This document shows positions 26,201 to 41,200 of a stretch of DNA of 64,000 nucleotides, piece by piece. Within the stretch, counting starts at the first letter, position 1; the number at the start of each line of letters is the position of its first letter. Origin of the DNA: Catajapyx aquilonaris (taxonomy: Eukaryota). Location: contig JYFJ02000011.1 of assembly GCA_000934665.2 (NCBI GenBank), positions 62,001-126,000 on the forward strand. Reading direction: 5' to 3'. Both the position numbers and the translations under genes were made by a program. The notes beneath the pieces were generated by a model. That model was not told where the DNA came from, made no database searches, and was given only the letters and a program-made list of their open reading frames with translations.

Positions 26201-29200
26201 TCAGTAATGCAGCAACGTAAATGTTTGGAACTAAGATTGAGACGCGGGTAATGTGCCTGCACTGAAGTGTTTAGTATTAGTATGTTTCAACCCCCTGGCA
26301 ACCATGTCGCTAAGTCGCTGGCGGCACAATGAGTACAATGCGCACAAGATTTTCAAAGCCTTAAAAGATTAAAGGTACAGTGCAAGAAGTTTGAGTCAAT
26401 CAAATCGAGTGCGTCCCATTTAAATCGCTTGCATGAGGAAATGTAAGTCACCGTGTCCTCCCCGACATTCGCCAATGAGAGCCCAGCACGGAATCAATAT
26501 AATAGGTTCTGCTGCCCTTACATTTCATCACTTCACCTGTCTAAAAGAAACTCCACAACTACAATAGTAGTTCAACGTGGAAAAAATCCAATGTAACCAT
26601 AAAGACGCTTTGAAATATTACTGAGCTAGTTCAGGAAACGTTATAATACGGTGGTAATATATTAATGGCATTTCAAATTTTCCACGTATGTTAGTATATT
26701 GCGATACAGAAATCATTCCTTCCCATAATATTCGCCTACATGACTAATGTTGACATAGGTGCATTAATGTGTGTGCGCACTTTACTACAGAATTGACTCA
26801 AGGGTAGCACCTCCGTCTTAATGAATTAAAACCGAAACATGTATAGATATGAATCGTCTTCGACCTCTCTCTAAATTGGTTTGTAGTCTTTTTTTCCATG
26901 AAAAATGCACATCCACATCACGCAAAAGCATGCATACTACAACATAACCGTAATTGCAGCAATAAATAATGGGCGAATGCCATTGAGTCTTGTGTATAGA
27001 GTAAGGGGGGGGGGAAATCCGTGACACTAAGCATAGCCCCCCACCCCACTGGATGTTGATTTGATACAATAAAATCGATTCTCAATATGCTGTGTAGGAC
27101 GGAAGGCTGCCTGTGCACTATTGCGGCTCGTGCAAGGAGCCCGAGGAAATGCTCAGCATTCTGGTGGAAGCTGGAGCTGACCCCACAGTGGCCGATGCGC
27201 GGGGGAAGAGCGCCGAGCACTACCTGGAGCACCCGGAAGAGCTGGACATGGACTTCGAAAGGAGCATCACCAAGTCTAGGATACGCGGTGCTGCCAGTAA
27301 AAACGCGTCGTTCAAGGACTCCTCTCAAATTTCGGCAGGGTCCACTGGATCTAACGCCTCCAGAAGCGGTAGGCTCCTATTTCATTTTTGCAAATTCTGC
27401 TTCTCTTGTATGTTGTATCACAACTCAGCCCAAACAACACCATCACATTGTTTTACTTTTTCGCAAATTTCTCAGTATTTGATATCCAAATGTGGGAGCT
27501 TAAATGCTATTCCGAGTCACTAAGAAATGCCCAGAAGTTTTCTGCATGTTTACCAAAACACCTCGATATGCTATGCAACTCAACATTTGAACCGAGATAT
27601 TATCATTTCCTGAATAATTGCGAAATGTATATATGTCTTGACGTAGTGGCATACCGACGTAATAAGTATCTACTGTGACGATAACTAGGAATATTCAGCA
27701 AGATACATTTAAGATAAAATACTGACGCACGTAAAGGCAAACATTACCTAATGCTCCATTGCATGACTTTCAAAACTCTGAATGGCGCATAACATGAGGC
27801 ACAGCTATTACATTGCTGCCAAGACAGTGTAAATCACGCCTAGTGTACTTTAACACATCAGTAAAACGCAAAGCTTCCTGTGTTATAGCAACCGAAAGAG
27901 CTATAAAAATAACACTGTCGAAAGACGCGCAAGAAGAATTCGTTCAATCGTCATGGAGTTCACTCTGCACGATACTCTGCACAATTTAGTTTACAGCTCT
28001 GTCGTCATACAGGTCGTCCTGATGACATCTCATTATCGTTTTTGCTGATGGCTGAATGAATCGCCTCTATGCCATGCAACCGTGCTGTCGAAACAAAACT
28101 TCTGCAAGGAATTCAATGCAGGCAGCAATTGTTTCAAAAATAACTTTAGGCGAATCAGTCAGTCACATGACTCCATGAATTATACACTTCTGAGTTTAGT
28201 GGAAACTATCTTGTCATCAGCTTTCGGTGTAATTTTTTTTTTACTCTGACAACTTCCTATTGCGTAATGTCTTAACTCTCACTCCTGCTACTACAGTATC
28301 ATATTTCCTTGAGATACAAATTCCCAAGCGGTCAAGAGGGTAAAGGGGTTGGATTTCAACCGAACTGACCCACACAATTCGGATTAGTGGATAAGTGTAC
28401 TTGAACGAGTTATCAATTGCGCTGGAATAAAATCTTAATGAGTCATCCAGTTTCCGCGTCAGAATAAAACACCCCTGTGCCCCCCNCCCCCCCCCCCTTC
28501 CACACACGCACATTACAGTATAGTACAGAATAGGAAATGGGCATATTGCAGACTCGAACAGCCTAAACAATATTGTGTGGAATTTTCGTCCCACTGCACT
28601 GCTAGTTATTGCCGCTAACTCAGCAGTACTACTGCCAACACTGGTACTGCTAAGTTAGCAGTATTAACTAGCAGTGGGATGAAAATTCCACTCACTGATA
28701 TTTTTAAAAACTATGCGCAGTTACTCCAATTCTACTCGCCTGCTCCATTATTTTTTTTCAAAAGCATCATCATCATCAGGATTCATAACAAAAATACTTC
28801 TATAGGCATGTGAATGTCCTATCGTAAGTACACGTATCAGTGCATATTTTGGGTTGTCGGGGCCGGTTTGTGGGTATAAAGAATGGGAAGGAAGTAAGTA
28901 AATATGGGTATCGCCAAAATTGGATCACAATTTAGAGACAAAATAGTTCATAATATTGATTTTTTTAACGGGTAAATTCCAAATCTCGCGCTGTATGTGG
29001 GCTGTTTGAACACGCAATCTCCCACCGCCCCCCGTCCCACCCCAAAGCCCGCCTCTTACGCCGCTGCGCAGCTGCGTGTCTATACACTCAGAGGGTCGAA
29101 TAAATGCATTTAAAATTACACACGCTGCCTATCCTTGTCGCTTCCTTGGAAAACAACCCATATGCACGAAACGCAAAGAGAAACAATTGTATGTATACGC

Positions 29201-32200
29201 AAATTACGCGGAAAATATCCAGTGATGCATAGGCAGTCACAATAACACTTCAGTGAGATATTTTGCCTTAATTGGAATAATTCGATTGGACCTAAATGTC
29301 CCCTCCTCGACACTTAGGATCGAAATAAACCTTCCTGGTATATTCTCGCCGCTAGATCCGGATATTGAACCAGGCCCTTCGATCGCAGTGTCCCCTCCAT
29401 TAAATATTAGTCTATCGTACCTTGAGGTTACCTTAGTAACCAAGAAACAAGTTTTAGTTCACAGCTGGGTCTTCCACGTAGGCCATTGAATTAAAGCTTG
29501 TCCCTTCACATGAGAATCTTACCTTTTTTAATAAATAAAAATCATTGCGTAACAGACGGCCTGAATGTTTATACACATTTTTTGTTGCAATGCACGTGCA
29601 GTTGTAATTTATTTTTCTAAGGTCATTCCGGATCGATAAGGCGATATATAGCCACGAGATAGTGAAGGGCAACGCATATGCAAGCCAGGCATTCATGACT
29701 CACGCTCTGTTTACTCTAATCGGATGAAATTGGGGCAAGTTCAACATAAATAAATTTACTGAAATTGAAGTAGCTTTGCATGATGCACACTCTTCGTGGA
29801 AAGGGCACAATGAAATGTTAATTGGGCCTGCAAGTACTACAACATGGCGAAACCTGTCTTTAAAATCGAAGCAGTAAATATGTGAGAAAAATATTAGCGC
29901 AACCATTATCAAGTGTAAATTCTTTTAATTTCAAAATTTTAATTTCAAATTTCCTACACCGATCATTGTCCATTCACACTGAACTAAATATGTCTAATAA
30001 AAGTGTGTCACTGCTAAATAGTCTGCAGTCTGCAGGGTATTATCATCATTGATTGTCTCCCCCAGGTCGGAATATCAGCCGAGCCAATATTCGCATTTGG
30101 ATCCACGACCGTGACATCGCCAAGTTAGAAAACATCGTTTGGGAAGGCCACGGAGACAAACTCCTGCTTGAAACCACCAACAACCCTCGAGTGAAAAAAT
30201 TCCTCGACAACGTTCCCCACCTCCTGGTAAGCCTGATTTTTTTTTTAAATAGCTGGGTCCACATGCGGCGTCCCAGTTCAATAATCGGGGTAAATTGCAC
30301 CCCTATCACCCCGATTATAATCTCGCTTAACCTCAATCCGGACAACACGTCCCCTCCGATCCGGCCATAATCAGTGGTCTATTACAGAATCACCCTGCCC
30401 TAATTACGCTCTCCCGTTGCACTTACAGCTGAAAATTAAGGAAATCCATCAATCCGCCGTTGAAGGCGACCTGGAACACCTAGTCAGCCTCAAAAAGCGA
30501 ATGCGCAACGTCAATGAACTTTTCTACTCCAAAGACCGTAATGGATACAACCCCTTGCACAAGGTTAGTTAATATACTGTAGGTATTTAGCTGTCTAATA
30601 CCCGGTAGTTACAGGGACAGATATGCATCCACTGTATTTTAAAAATTATTTTACCGAACTTGAATCATGAATTGATGTCACCATCACGTCGTGCAATACA
30701 GCACGTCATATGTATATCCAAAATGGCAACAATTTATCAGCAATTAGGAACCGAAAAAATTCTTATACTTTGCCCAATGATATGTTTAGGCTGCTGCTCT
30801 GGGACACACCGACGTTGTGGACTACCTGACCAGGATAGCGGAGCCTTCTTTGCATTTACAAGACAAGGAAGGGCGGTTGCCCCTCCACGTTTCGGGGGCT
30901 TCTCATCGGCAGGCGCCCAGGATTTACGACATGCTGGTGTCGTCGGGTTCCGACGAAAGCGTCCTTGATTATGTAAGCCGGTTACGTTATTAATCACAGT
31001 GAGTGCTCCAGGGAATTTAACAGGTGGAAGGGGGGTAGCGACTATTCATACAAATGGTCGCAGTAATTGAAAAGTCAGGACCACTCAACCTAAATCATTC
31101 TGGTCAATATTCAAGTGGGTGACCGCAGACTTGACCTATACTGTTACCGCGTATTTGACCGGCTGCTGCATGTTCTAGAGAGGAAAAACGGCGCAATATT
31201 ACCGCCTTCATCCTAACGAACTGGACTTGAGGCACATCAGGGAAATACCGGACGCACCTCGGGTGTCAGGAGAACTGGAAGGCTGGGACAGAGGGAACAG
31301 GGGAAATAAGAGTCCGGAACAAGAAGAGGAACCTGAGGAACCGGAACCACCCATGCCGCCTAGGGTAAGCCTTGCGATTCTCAATCACGCAGCCACAAAA
31401 TAATAACACACAATATTGTGACGAATTCACAGTCGCCAACTCCACTGAGCTTCCGAAACGTGACAAACGACCAAATAGACAGATGGGTGAAAAACGGCAG
31501 TGTCAGCAGACTCGAACAGCTGGTGATAGAAGGCAGAGGGGACAAGTTACAAGGCAAGACGTCTTGGAATGAAGACGTCAGGCACTTCCTCAATACTGTT
31601 CCGAATTTAATGGTGTGTTTCCAATCATTGCATGTAGTGACGAGTCCTGCGGTTTCCTATTCTATAATGCCGGGGGTTCCGCCGATTTAATCCTCAGAAC
31701 AAGGTGATTAGCGTCCATCGGGCAGCACAACTGGGTGACTTGGACGAACTCCGGGCTCTGATCGAGGCAGATCCTCGTATGGCCAAAGCACGTGACGAAA
31801 ATGGAGCTATCCCGCTACATCAGGCTGCACTATACGGTCAAACAGGGGCCATCAAGTACCTGATAGATGTCTACCCGGATGGAGTCACTGCCCAAGACTC
31901 GGTAATAATATTATTATCCCCAGCATTCCAATACTTCAAATATTATAACACAAAATGCATGTTACAGGACCGACGGACGCCTCTGCACTACGCCGCCATG
32001 TTCAAAGATATGGAAGTCGCAAGAAGAAATTACGTTGTCCTTCTAAATGCTGGTGCTGAAGAAGCCATCGTTGATCTGGTGCGAGACACAATGCCAAATC
32101 GTCACAAAGTCAGTTCAATTGCTTATTCTCACGTCATTTCCTTCTATTTCCAGCACGGACACGACGCTGGCCATTACTTCCCTCAAGGAGAGCCCGAAGC

Positions 32201-35200
32201 TGAACATGAAGACTCCGGACTTGAAAGCGGGATCTCCTCGTCGGGGGGGCAAGAAGAGGTGCAGGATGAAGGTCATGACGAAGGACAGGTCGACGACGAC
32301 GTCGATCGAGACGAAGCGATCGTGGCCATGCAAAATAGAGATCTGGATCGAATGGTGGACATGGTATTGGATGGTCAAGGTGACCGTCTCGTGGGGCTTC
32401 AGTCAAACGATCCTGAAGTGCAAGCCTTCTTAGACAATGTTCCGGCATATATGGTATGTACGGCGCGGCATTACGTTCAGCCCCAGAAATGGATTCTACT
32501 GTATTCATATCCGTGTGTTGTAGGCAAAGATTGATGCCCTGCATATTGCTGCTACTCGAGGGAACCTCCGAGAACTGCAGACACTTCTGGATCGCAAGCA
32601 ATTGGGAAGAGGAAGGGACCACCTTGGGGCTACCCCACTTCACAAGGCAGTGCTCTACGGGCATACAGAAGTGTCGAGATATCTTGCCGGACAATGCAGT
32701 GACACCCTCAATTTACAAGTAAGTGACATTATCGATTCTGTCGGATGTGAGTTCACGCCTATACCACGAAGTCTGCCACAGGGGGTGTGGCCCAGATGGA
32801 TTGTGATATGTTTCACCTATTGCATAACGTGACACGCAACTCATTTGCAAAAACCTCTTTGCTTTGGATGGCTGTACAGGAAGTTACTCTGCGCAATCGT
32901 CGATATACGTGCTGTAATATTAACGCATTCTTTTAGGACCACAAAGGTCGAGGACCCCTTCACTATGCAGCTACTGTTCGTGACGGAGGCCATATCTTCA
33001 AGATTCTGGTCAACGCGGGTTGTGATCCCAACTTGAAAGACGAGGTAAGCTTTGATGGTTAATTATTTTGTTAAAATTAACACAAGGTATATAGCTTGCC
33101 AATAAAACACGTAAATTTTGTTTCGCTTATTAGAAAGGGAACACCCCAGGGTACTACCTCCGAAACAAAAACGAATTGACGAGAGACGACCTGCTAGAAG
33201 AATTCGAAGGTACCAGAAGGAAACCTAAAGTCGAAAGGTGGCAAAGGCCTCCAACTGAAGAAGACAAAGGTAATGTGACCATAACGCAATTTTTCGTGAC
33301 ATAAAAATACAAACAGAGCACGATGAACAATAAGCAGCACCATGTAGTTATGCGTAGAAAGCTTCTACAGTCAGTGCAGTCAGTTGCAACAATAATAGGC
33401 GCGCCCACCTGCAAACTATTGATACGCACAATAGTGATGATACCGGCACCAATATATTATTAGGAAAATCTGTGTCGGTGCAGTGAAATTAAATAATCTT
33501 AGTAGGCCTATACTATAGCTGTCTGGGGTCAGAATTATTCACACCTACGTATATAAAATTCCAGGCTGTTCTTTCCACTCAAGTTAACCTGCCTTGTCCT
33601 TCTTTTGCGCAAAATTTGTATACAAAAAAGTTTGCATCCGATAATAGTCACGGTAAGACAAATAACTTTGTAGTAGTAATGACAGAAAAAATTGACCGCT
33701 CAACCGGCGGCCATCTTGAATCGAACTGAAAATCTGGCGACCATGACACTCTCGGAAAAGAATTGCGGGAAATTTAGCAAATAAGTTCAAAATGAGGCAT
33801 TGCTGCAACAGCAAGCTCATAGGGAGATTATATTTAACACATATTTAACAAACTGTTGTAGAATTCGGATTCAGCGTGTCAAAATAGGTTCCAAGGTCAA
33901 CTTCCGGTACAGTCCACTTCCGGTTTCCCGGGTACACGCTATCCTTGTATACAGGCGGGTAACCGTATAATTTGGATTCAGAAATTAGTTTATTCTTTAA
34001 ATAACTACGAAAAGAACTACCAAAAGCCCTCAATTCTTCCAAGTACAAGAAACCAGCACCCAAGCAAACACCATTTATTTACGGTGTTTTTATCGGGCGT
34101 GTCATGGCGGCCTCGGCTTCAGATAGATGAGGCTGGCGGCATTAGGGTCAAGCGGTCTATTTTCTCAATGTCATTGGGTAGTAGGCGATGTAAATATTAT
34201 TTTCGGCCTCATTATTTTCCATTACATTGACTGATAAAAATAACATCGTGCCGTATGTCGAGATCTGTACCGGTGAAAGTCTAGTGGACATTAGTTTAAT
34301 TCTCTCTTGGCCTGCTAGTGAGACTGGGCAGCAACCAAAGGGACAAAAGCGAGTGTCCGAAGGATTGGCGCCAATGCAGATCTGATAGCTCTTTCAAAAC
34401 TCACGCAATACATACATCCAGTAGAGTAGTGCATGGCACGTAAAAAAAACCGCCTTCATGCATATAAGCTAACAGTGATGAAAGTTTGACAAACAGTTTT
34501 AGTGGATATAGAGCCCCCACGTAAGCATAGGGATAAAAACATGCCCCTAAACGCCTAAAGTGTCCCCCATAAAGATGCTCATTTCCCTTCCGAACCACCC
34601 TCGGACAATACAGATAATTCCATGTGCACCAAACCACCCGACAACGCCACCTTGCAAGAGCTGGAGGGCTACTTCATAAAGCTCCAGACCAGCGAACACA
34701 GCAACACCTTCTTCCAAAAAGCCCTCAAGAACATCAAGCGTCGCTGGCAAAGCAGCGAAAACCTCCTGTTCCGTCCAAACATGGGCGACATGTCCCTTCT
34801 GAAGAAGCACCTCTCCCGCGACCTGTTCGACCGAATCAAGTACCGTCGCACCGTGTACGGTGGCACTCTCCTGGACGTGATCCGCTCCGGGGTAGACAAC
34901 CCGGACTCCATAATCGGTGTGTACGCCCCGGACGCCAGTGCCTACGACATATTTTCCGAGCTCTTCGACCCGATCATAGAAGAGTACCACAACATTTCGC
35001 CAGCCGACGAGCACCCTGAGCCCAACTACGGTCCAGTGGACAGCCTGGGCGACCTGGATCCGCAGGGCAAGTACGTCCTGTCCACCCGGATCCGGTTCGC
35101 CCGGAACCTGATTGGCTTCGGAATGAACAGCGTCATGACCAAGAAAGACTACGTCACGGTCAAGGCCAATGTCGTCGAGATTCTGGAGCAGCTCGACGGC

Positions 35201-38200
35201 GAGCTGAAAGGCGTGTACATACCCATCGAGGAGCTGGACATCGACACCCGGGAAGCGCTGGTGCAGCACCGACTTCTGTTCAAGGAGGAGGACCGGTTCA
35301 TGAAGGCCGGCAAAGGCACGCGGTTTTGGCCCAAGGGTCGCGGGGTGTACATGAACGAGGACCGGACCTTCCTGGTGTGGATCAACGAAGAAGACCACCT
35401 TCGAATCATATCGAGCGAGACAGGCGGCAACGTCGGTCGGGTGTACGATCGTCTCCTCCGTGGTTATTCCGAACTGGAGGGCGACTTGAACTTTCGACGA
35501 GACCCCAGATTGGGGTACATCACCAGCTGTCCCAGCAACCTGGGTACCGGCATCAGAGCGTCGGTGCTCATACGGCTGCCTTGGCTGGGACAGGAGGCGG
35601 CTTGGCTGCTGGACTATTGCAACCGGTTCGGTCTGGAGGTACGGGGCTCTCACGGGGAGCACAGCGAGCCGCAGGACGACGTGTTCAACATTGCCAACAG
35701 AAGAAGGATGGGGTTAACGGAGTACCAAGCTGTTTGGGAGATGTACAAGGGCGTGGCACGTCTCATAAGGATGGAGGAAAAGAGGCAGAGAGAAGGAGAG
35801 GAAAAATGATGACGAAAACAAGACAGTACAAAACATAATGTGAATCCCCTCCCAATGTACATAACCCAAATTTTAAGAGTCTGACCATCATACATATACT
35901 GCACTTCTGCCTCACAAGAAACACGGCACTAGACGACTTGCTAAGTGTTCTACCAATGCGAACTCACACTCCATGAGCAATCAAAATGCACTCAGCTACA
36001 ATGCACATGAAAGGTTCCGGCAATTTGCCCATAGAGACAGGCATATTTGTGCTAACGGACACCCAAGTTTTCACCGAGTGTTTTCACATTCAGGACAATG
36101 TGCCCCTCATCAGGATAATGACCGAATGTATAGAACAGATAATCAAAAAATGTGTTGCCAATCTTATTTGCAAACTCATGATTCACACATAATTGGTGAT
36201 TTCTGTTGGTCCATAGCATAATTAGCTTTTTTTTGTAATGAGAGTACACATCTCGCACCACTTGAGAGAGAAAAGTTACGAGATGAGCCACAGATGACTG
36301 TGAATATGTTAGTTTGCACATTTTGTATATTTTTTAAAAGACCAAGATTTTATTTTTTCAAAGTATAGCCCTCAGTAGCATGTCATGTAGTAGTCCTATG
36401 TGAGCCTCGGTGAAAACGAGAAGACCGAGAGAAGATTGGCAGCCCGATAAAGTACCATTAACAAGATTGTGGATGGGGACGATGACGGAGCAAAATCTGC
36501 ACAAACAGTATATCAGGTGTAGTTTACTTTTCTTTCTCTCGAGTGAGGCGAGTTTGGGGCACTTTGTTCACAAATTGCTGTCCATAGCCAAAAAGAACAC
36601 TCCCCCGAGTGATCCTCCACCCATACACATCTACACACAAATCCTTGCCATGAATGGGATCCCTTTTGGGCTCGCGTAATTGGCAATCCCTTTACTATAT
36701 CACGCATTAATGTGGATTTTTCACTGTGTCACACTATGCCGCCTTTTGCAACTTGCATAATGTTTCCCAGCAATGCACCTCACTACGTGATGCGTCGTTC
36801 GCTAAAGCACAGCTTCATCGCCTTCCACTGAGCCATGGAAATGCAACATGTGGACCAATACTTCCAATATATATGAAGCAAAAAAAAAAGTTCTTGTGGA
36901 AGGCTTGTAACCGCAATAGTGACATTTTCCCCAAGTGCAAAATATGTGATGACAAATCAGACGTTTATTGTAATTCGACGGGATGCTTGAAAAACATATA
37001 GTATTGTTGCATTTCCATGAATCAGAAATAATTGTTATTACTGTATTATCGTTCTTGCTATTTACTCTTGAAGCAATGTTTTTTTAGTATGTCAAAGTGA
37101 ATTTCATGGAACCTGTGTCATAGCAGGTGTTCTAGTACCACTATACTGTTGTCGTTAAAAACCATTGAGTCTTTTCTAGAATAGTCTTCCTGCAGCGACA
37201 TTGATCGTTATTGAGTAGTAGGCGTGTCGGACCGGCCATGTAACTTCAGCATGTCCAGTGCGTGCCTTTTACAAGGGCAATGTTGATAACCAAGTTCAAT
37301 GTCCCAGCAAGAACAAAAACAAATTACTTAACTACTGTTTGTGACAATGGATGACAATGGATAAGCAAAGAATTCCTGGAATAGGCTACAGAATTAGAGC
37401 AAAATCATTCATAGCTAATAAAGTGGATCGCTTCTTTTGTGCTGCACAATGTACGGCACCTGAATAGCTAACAAAAAAGGAAGTATCTGATTGCGAGTAA
37501 TCCGGCATTGCCTATTAATCACATTTTTATACCCTATCCTTCGTAAGTGATGGGGAAAGTGATAATAGTAATATATATAATAATATATATATATATATGA
37601 TAATATTATATGATAATATTATCTTGGCAAGTTATATTCCCTGTCAGGTTTAATTCTGGACATTTAGTATCTTCTCTGGCAAATACGACAACGTTTCACA
37701 GCTGACAGGATCAGACACTTCTCATATGATTCAGGTTATTCAGGCAATATCAGGTAAAATTGTGCTGCTCATAAAATTATAATTTTATTCCGCATACTAA
37801 TGTTGCACTGTGTGGATTTCACTATCGTGTTACTGTGTTCAGTACACTGGTATGAATGTTATTGAAGGACTTGGAAATTAACTGAATTATTTTGCATGTT
37901 CATAAAGTATACCTATAACACCGTGTGCATTGTTATGGCCTTCCGGGCATCTCTCTTAGCTACTGATTTTTCTAATTCCACAGGCAAATTATATTTTTTC
38001 ACGTGTAACGCTCGTCCACTTATTGTACAACCGAACACATTATTTTTGTGTAATGTCTTTAATCATACCTCGCCTCCATGCAGATAGGTCAAATGTGCCA
38101 TGTGTTTAAGCATAGTAGTTAGTAGCTTAACAATTTCTTTGCTTTTTCTTTTCAGGGAAGCTGATCACCACTAACGAATTCCCGATGCTTTGGAACGAGG

Positions 38201-41200
38201 AGGGCCAATATCTGTCTTCAGGTAGAGTATATAGTTAGCAAATATACCGGTACAAAATGTAGTGCACGACTGCCACACGGAATGAAACATATCCGCGTGC
38301 TTCCGCGGGTATCTGTTATAGCCCATTACGTTGCATAATAATAATTGACATAATATTTCTCTGCTTATTACCATCATTTCTTGCAGTTCTGGGTGACGCC
38401 CTGATAAAAGGCCTAACAGAGGTGTCCCACACGCGTCCCAGTGATCCAATCGCATACCTGGCGAATTTCCTGCACAGTTATGCCAAGCAGAAGTCTGTGA
38501 CAGCCGTCGAAATCCCGGTAAGCATCATTCTAGCACGTCAAATAATAGCCTCGTTCCCGCAATACATGCAGTATGATAACAAAACCCGTGCTTAGGCGCC
38601 CATACCGGAGATGCAGTCGGAGGAAGACTTCTTCGAGGAAGGTCCCACGAGCACGGAGGTGGAAGACGCCCCGGATCCAGAGGTGCAAGAAGCTGCTCCC
38701 ACCGAGGCCGAATTGAACAACGAAGTGGAGGCCATGGCCATGGAAGAGGCTGAGATAGGACCCCAAGAAGCAGAGGCTGAAGACGCCCAACCTTCGTCTC
38801 AGGATGACGACGTCGTAGTTCCAGAACCTCAGGAGCAAGAATCCGTCATGGAAGACAGGGTACGTTCGGTTTATTCTAACCACCAGTGTGACTCAAGTGC
38901 AAAGGCAACGACAACCCAGGTTCATTCCTCTCAAACTGTTCCGTATTGAAATCCGGCAGGACGAACATGGACAGAGCGTGCTACACTTCACGTCGGCCCG
39001 TCCACATGCGGCCAACTCTATCTACCAGATCCTCAACGAAGCAGAGCCCACTCTTGCATACAGAGACGAGAGGTACAGGACTCCAAGAGACGTCGCTCTG
39101 GAAGCAGGACGTCCGGAAAATGCAGCCGCCATCGACAGCTGGATCCTATCACTGGCTGCTCAAGGTAATGGAACTAGTCCCACCCTATCATTTAACGACC
39201 TTTGAAACAAAACAATTAATTTACGCAAATACCGTAGGTAAATGCGTGGACGTACAATATCTGCAGTATATAAATGCATGTTTCACAGGGAGGACAGAAC
39301 GTCTTCAGGAACTGGTGCTTCAGGGTTACGACCACATTATTGACCTGGAGGATAATGCAGGGCATCACATTGTAGAAATAACAGAGCAACACTCCCAGGA
39401 TAAAGCGGCTCGATTTCTTCGCAGCATCTCGGGTTTTGAGGTCAGTACTTTCAAAAAAGGGTAGGCTACAATATTTGACCAAGGACTAACCGTAACATGG
39501 AACAATAATGTGACTTTCAGGAGAAGAGAGACTGGTTGCACAAGGCCGTGCGATTGGGAAGCCTGGACCATGTGAAAGATGCCTTGGACAACAAGGATGA
39601 CCGGATGGAAAGTCTATGCCGTGCATTGGCAGCAGCTAAAAACCACTGGGGCCGACATGCCCTCCACATCGCGGTGCTGTGCGAGGAAGTTGCCATTGCG
39701 GAGTTTTTGGCCAATCGCTTCTCGGAGACCCTGCGCATAGGCGACAACGTAAGGCATTTCTCTTTTGACGAGCACAACTCTCCATCGGTTTCACCAGGAC
39801 ATGTTCTTAATACTGTAGTCTCATAGTCATAATTATTCGTATGTCAGACGTAACTATTAGTTGGTGGTGCACTCCAACAGCCATACAGAAACACTACTGA
39901 ACAAATGAATGAAAATAATACCAGTAATATAAAATTTTTTGTAGTGTTGGAGTTAGTTGTGGTAGAGAGAGGGGGGGAGGGGGGGAGGGGGAGGGAGATT
40001 TGGTCATGCGTCGCATCATAAAATTGGCATTTATTTTCTTCCAGCTGGAGAGAACTGCTCTTCACTATGCAATGGGAGTAGACAAAGTCGAAAGTCTGGC
40101 CAAAATCCTCATAAAAGCAGGTTCAAGAAGAGTAATCAAGGATCTGGTAAGTTTTCACAAATATTACATAGCTAGGAAACAATATGTCTGTAATGCAACA
40201 TCTCTCTAATCTCCATATAAACTTCCAGAAAGGGAGGCAACCAAGCTACTACTTCATGAACAAGGAAGACATAATTCGCCTGCAGAGGGAAGAAGACTCC
40301 CTCAAATCATAAGAGCTAAAATGGCATTGTATCTGCACAGGGGTGTTTTTGCATATGCTGTAGGAAAATATCATTTCTTTTGTAAAGCATTATTGTAGGT
40401 AACATGACAATTCTGGTTCTTCTTGTAGCAGACAAGACTGGGAAATGCAGGCTGTAGTATTGTGAAACTTGTTTTTTTTAGTTCTCATAGGATATTTCTT
40501 TTGTACCGAATGATTTATAAATGTTCAATAGTACATATCCTCACTGAAAATATTTAACACATATTGTAACTGACAGTTTTAAATAACTGCAGTTAGACCT
40601 CTGTGTTACATTCTGGGTGCATAATGCATGCCAGATACGAAGGATGCAATGTCGTATTTGATAACTGTATGTGTATATAATATAGGCTATCTTGCAACAT
40701 TATTTTGTTGTCTTTTATAGAAACTAGTCCTTTATCGGCTCGCAGCCAATGTGATCCTAAATTCATATTTCTAAAATAGCTTTTAAAATCTCGCAGCCTC
40801 CATGGCTAATTAGTCAAATAATCAGAGACATCCAACTGTCCCACTAATGACATTGTCATATAATAATAGTAGTACAGTATCACCAACAACAGAGTACCTG
40901 ACTTCAATTATTGCATTTTTCAAGAATCGAATCTGCCTTTTGACAGCCAGGCTACATTAATTCAATATGTAGTTGGAAAGCACCTCCCATCCTAATAATG
41001 CACGATAGATCAGTTTGGTGCTGATAAACCAAGTAACGACATTTCCATCCAAAATATACAGTATTTTTCATGCAGAATCCTTTATATCCTAGACATCTCT
41101 CATTAATCCCATCAATACATTTAAAATGGAGAAACCTTCTGCAAAAAAACACACAGGATGAGTCAAGTCTTAGGCAATAAATTACTGATCCGACAGTGTG

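Noticed and set aside
28481..28497. Poly-C run with N (also at 45687)
   Set aside because: Probably contig joins or sequencing artefacts. They are a reason to verify the long-range nested structure with long reads.
33680..34172. Possible transposon ends upstream of the arginine kinase
   Set aside because: Only a short degenerate inverted match (aaaattgaccgctcaacc / ggtcaagcggtctatttt), with no clear TSD, and it does not flank the kinase.
34547..35662. 371-aa antisense ORF over the arginine kinase
   Set aside because: A shadow frame expected from C/G-ending codon usage, with no recognisable motifs.
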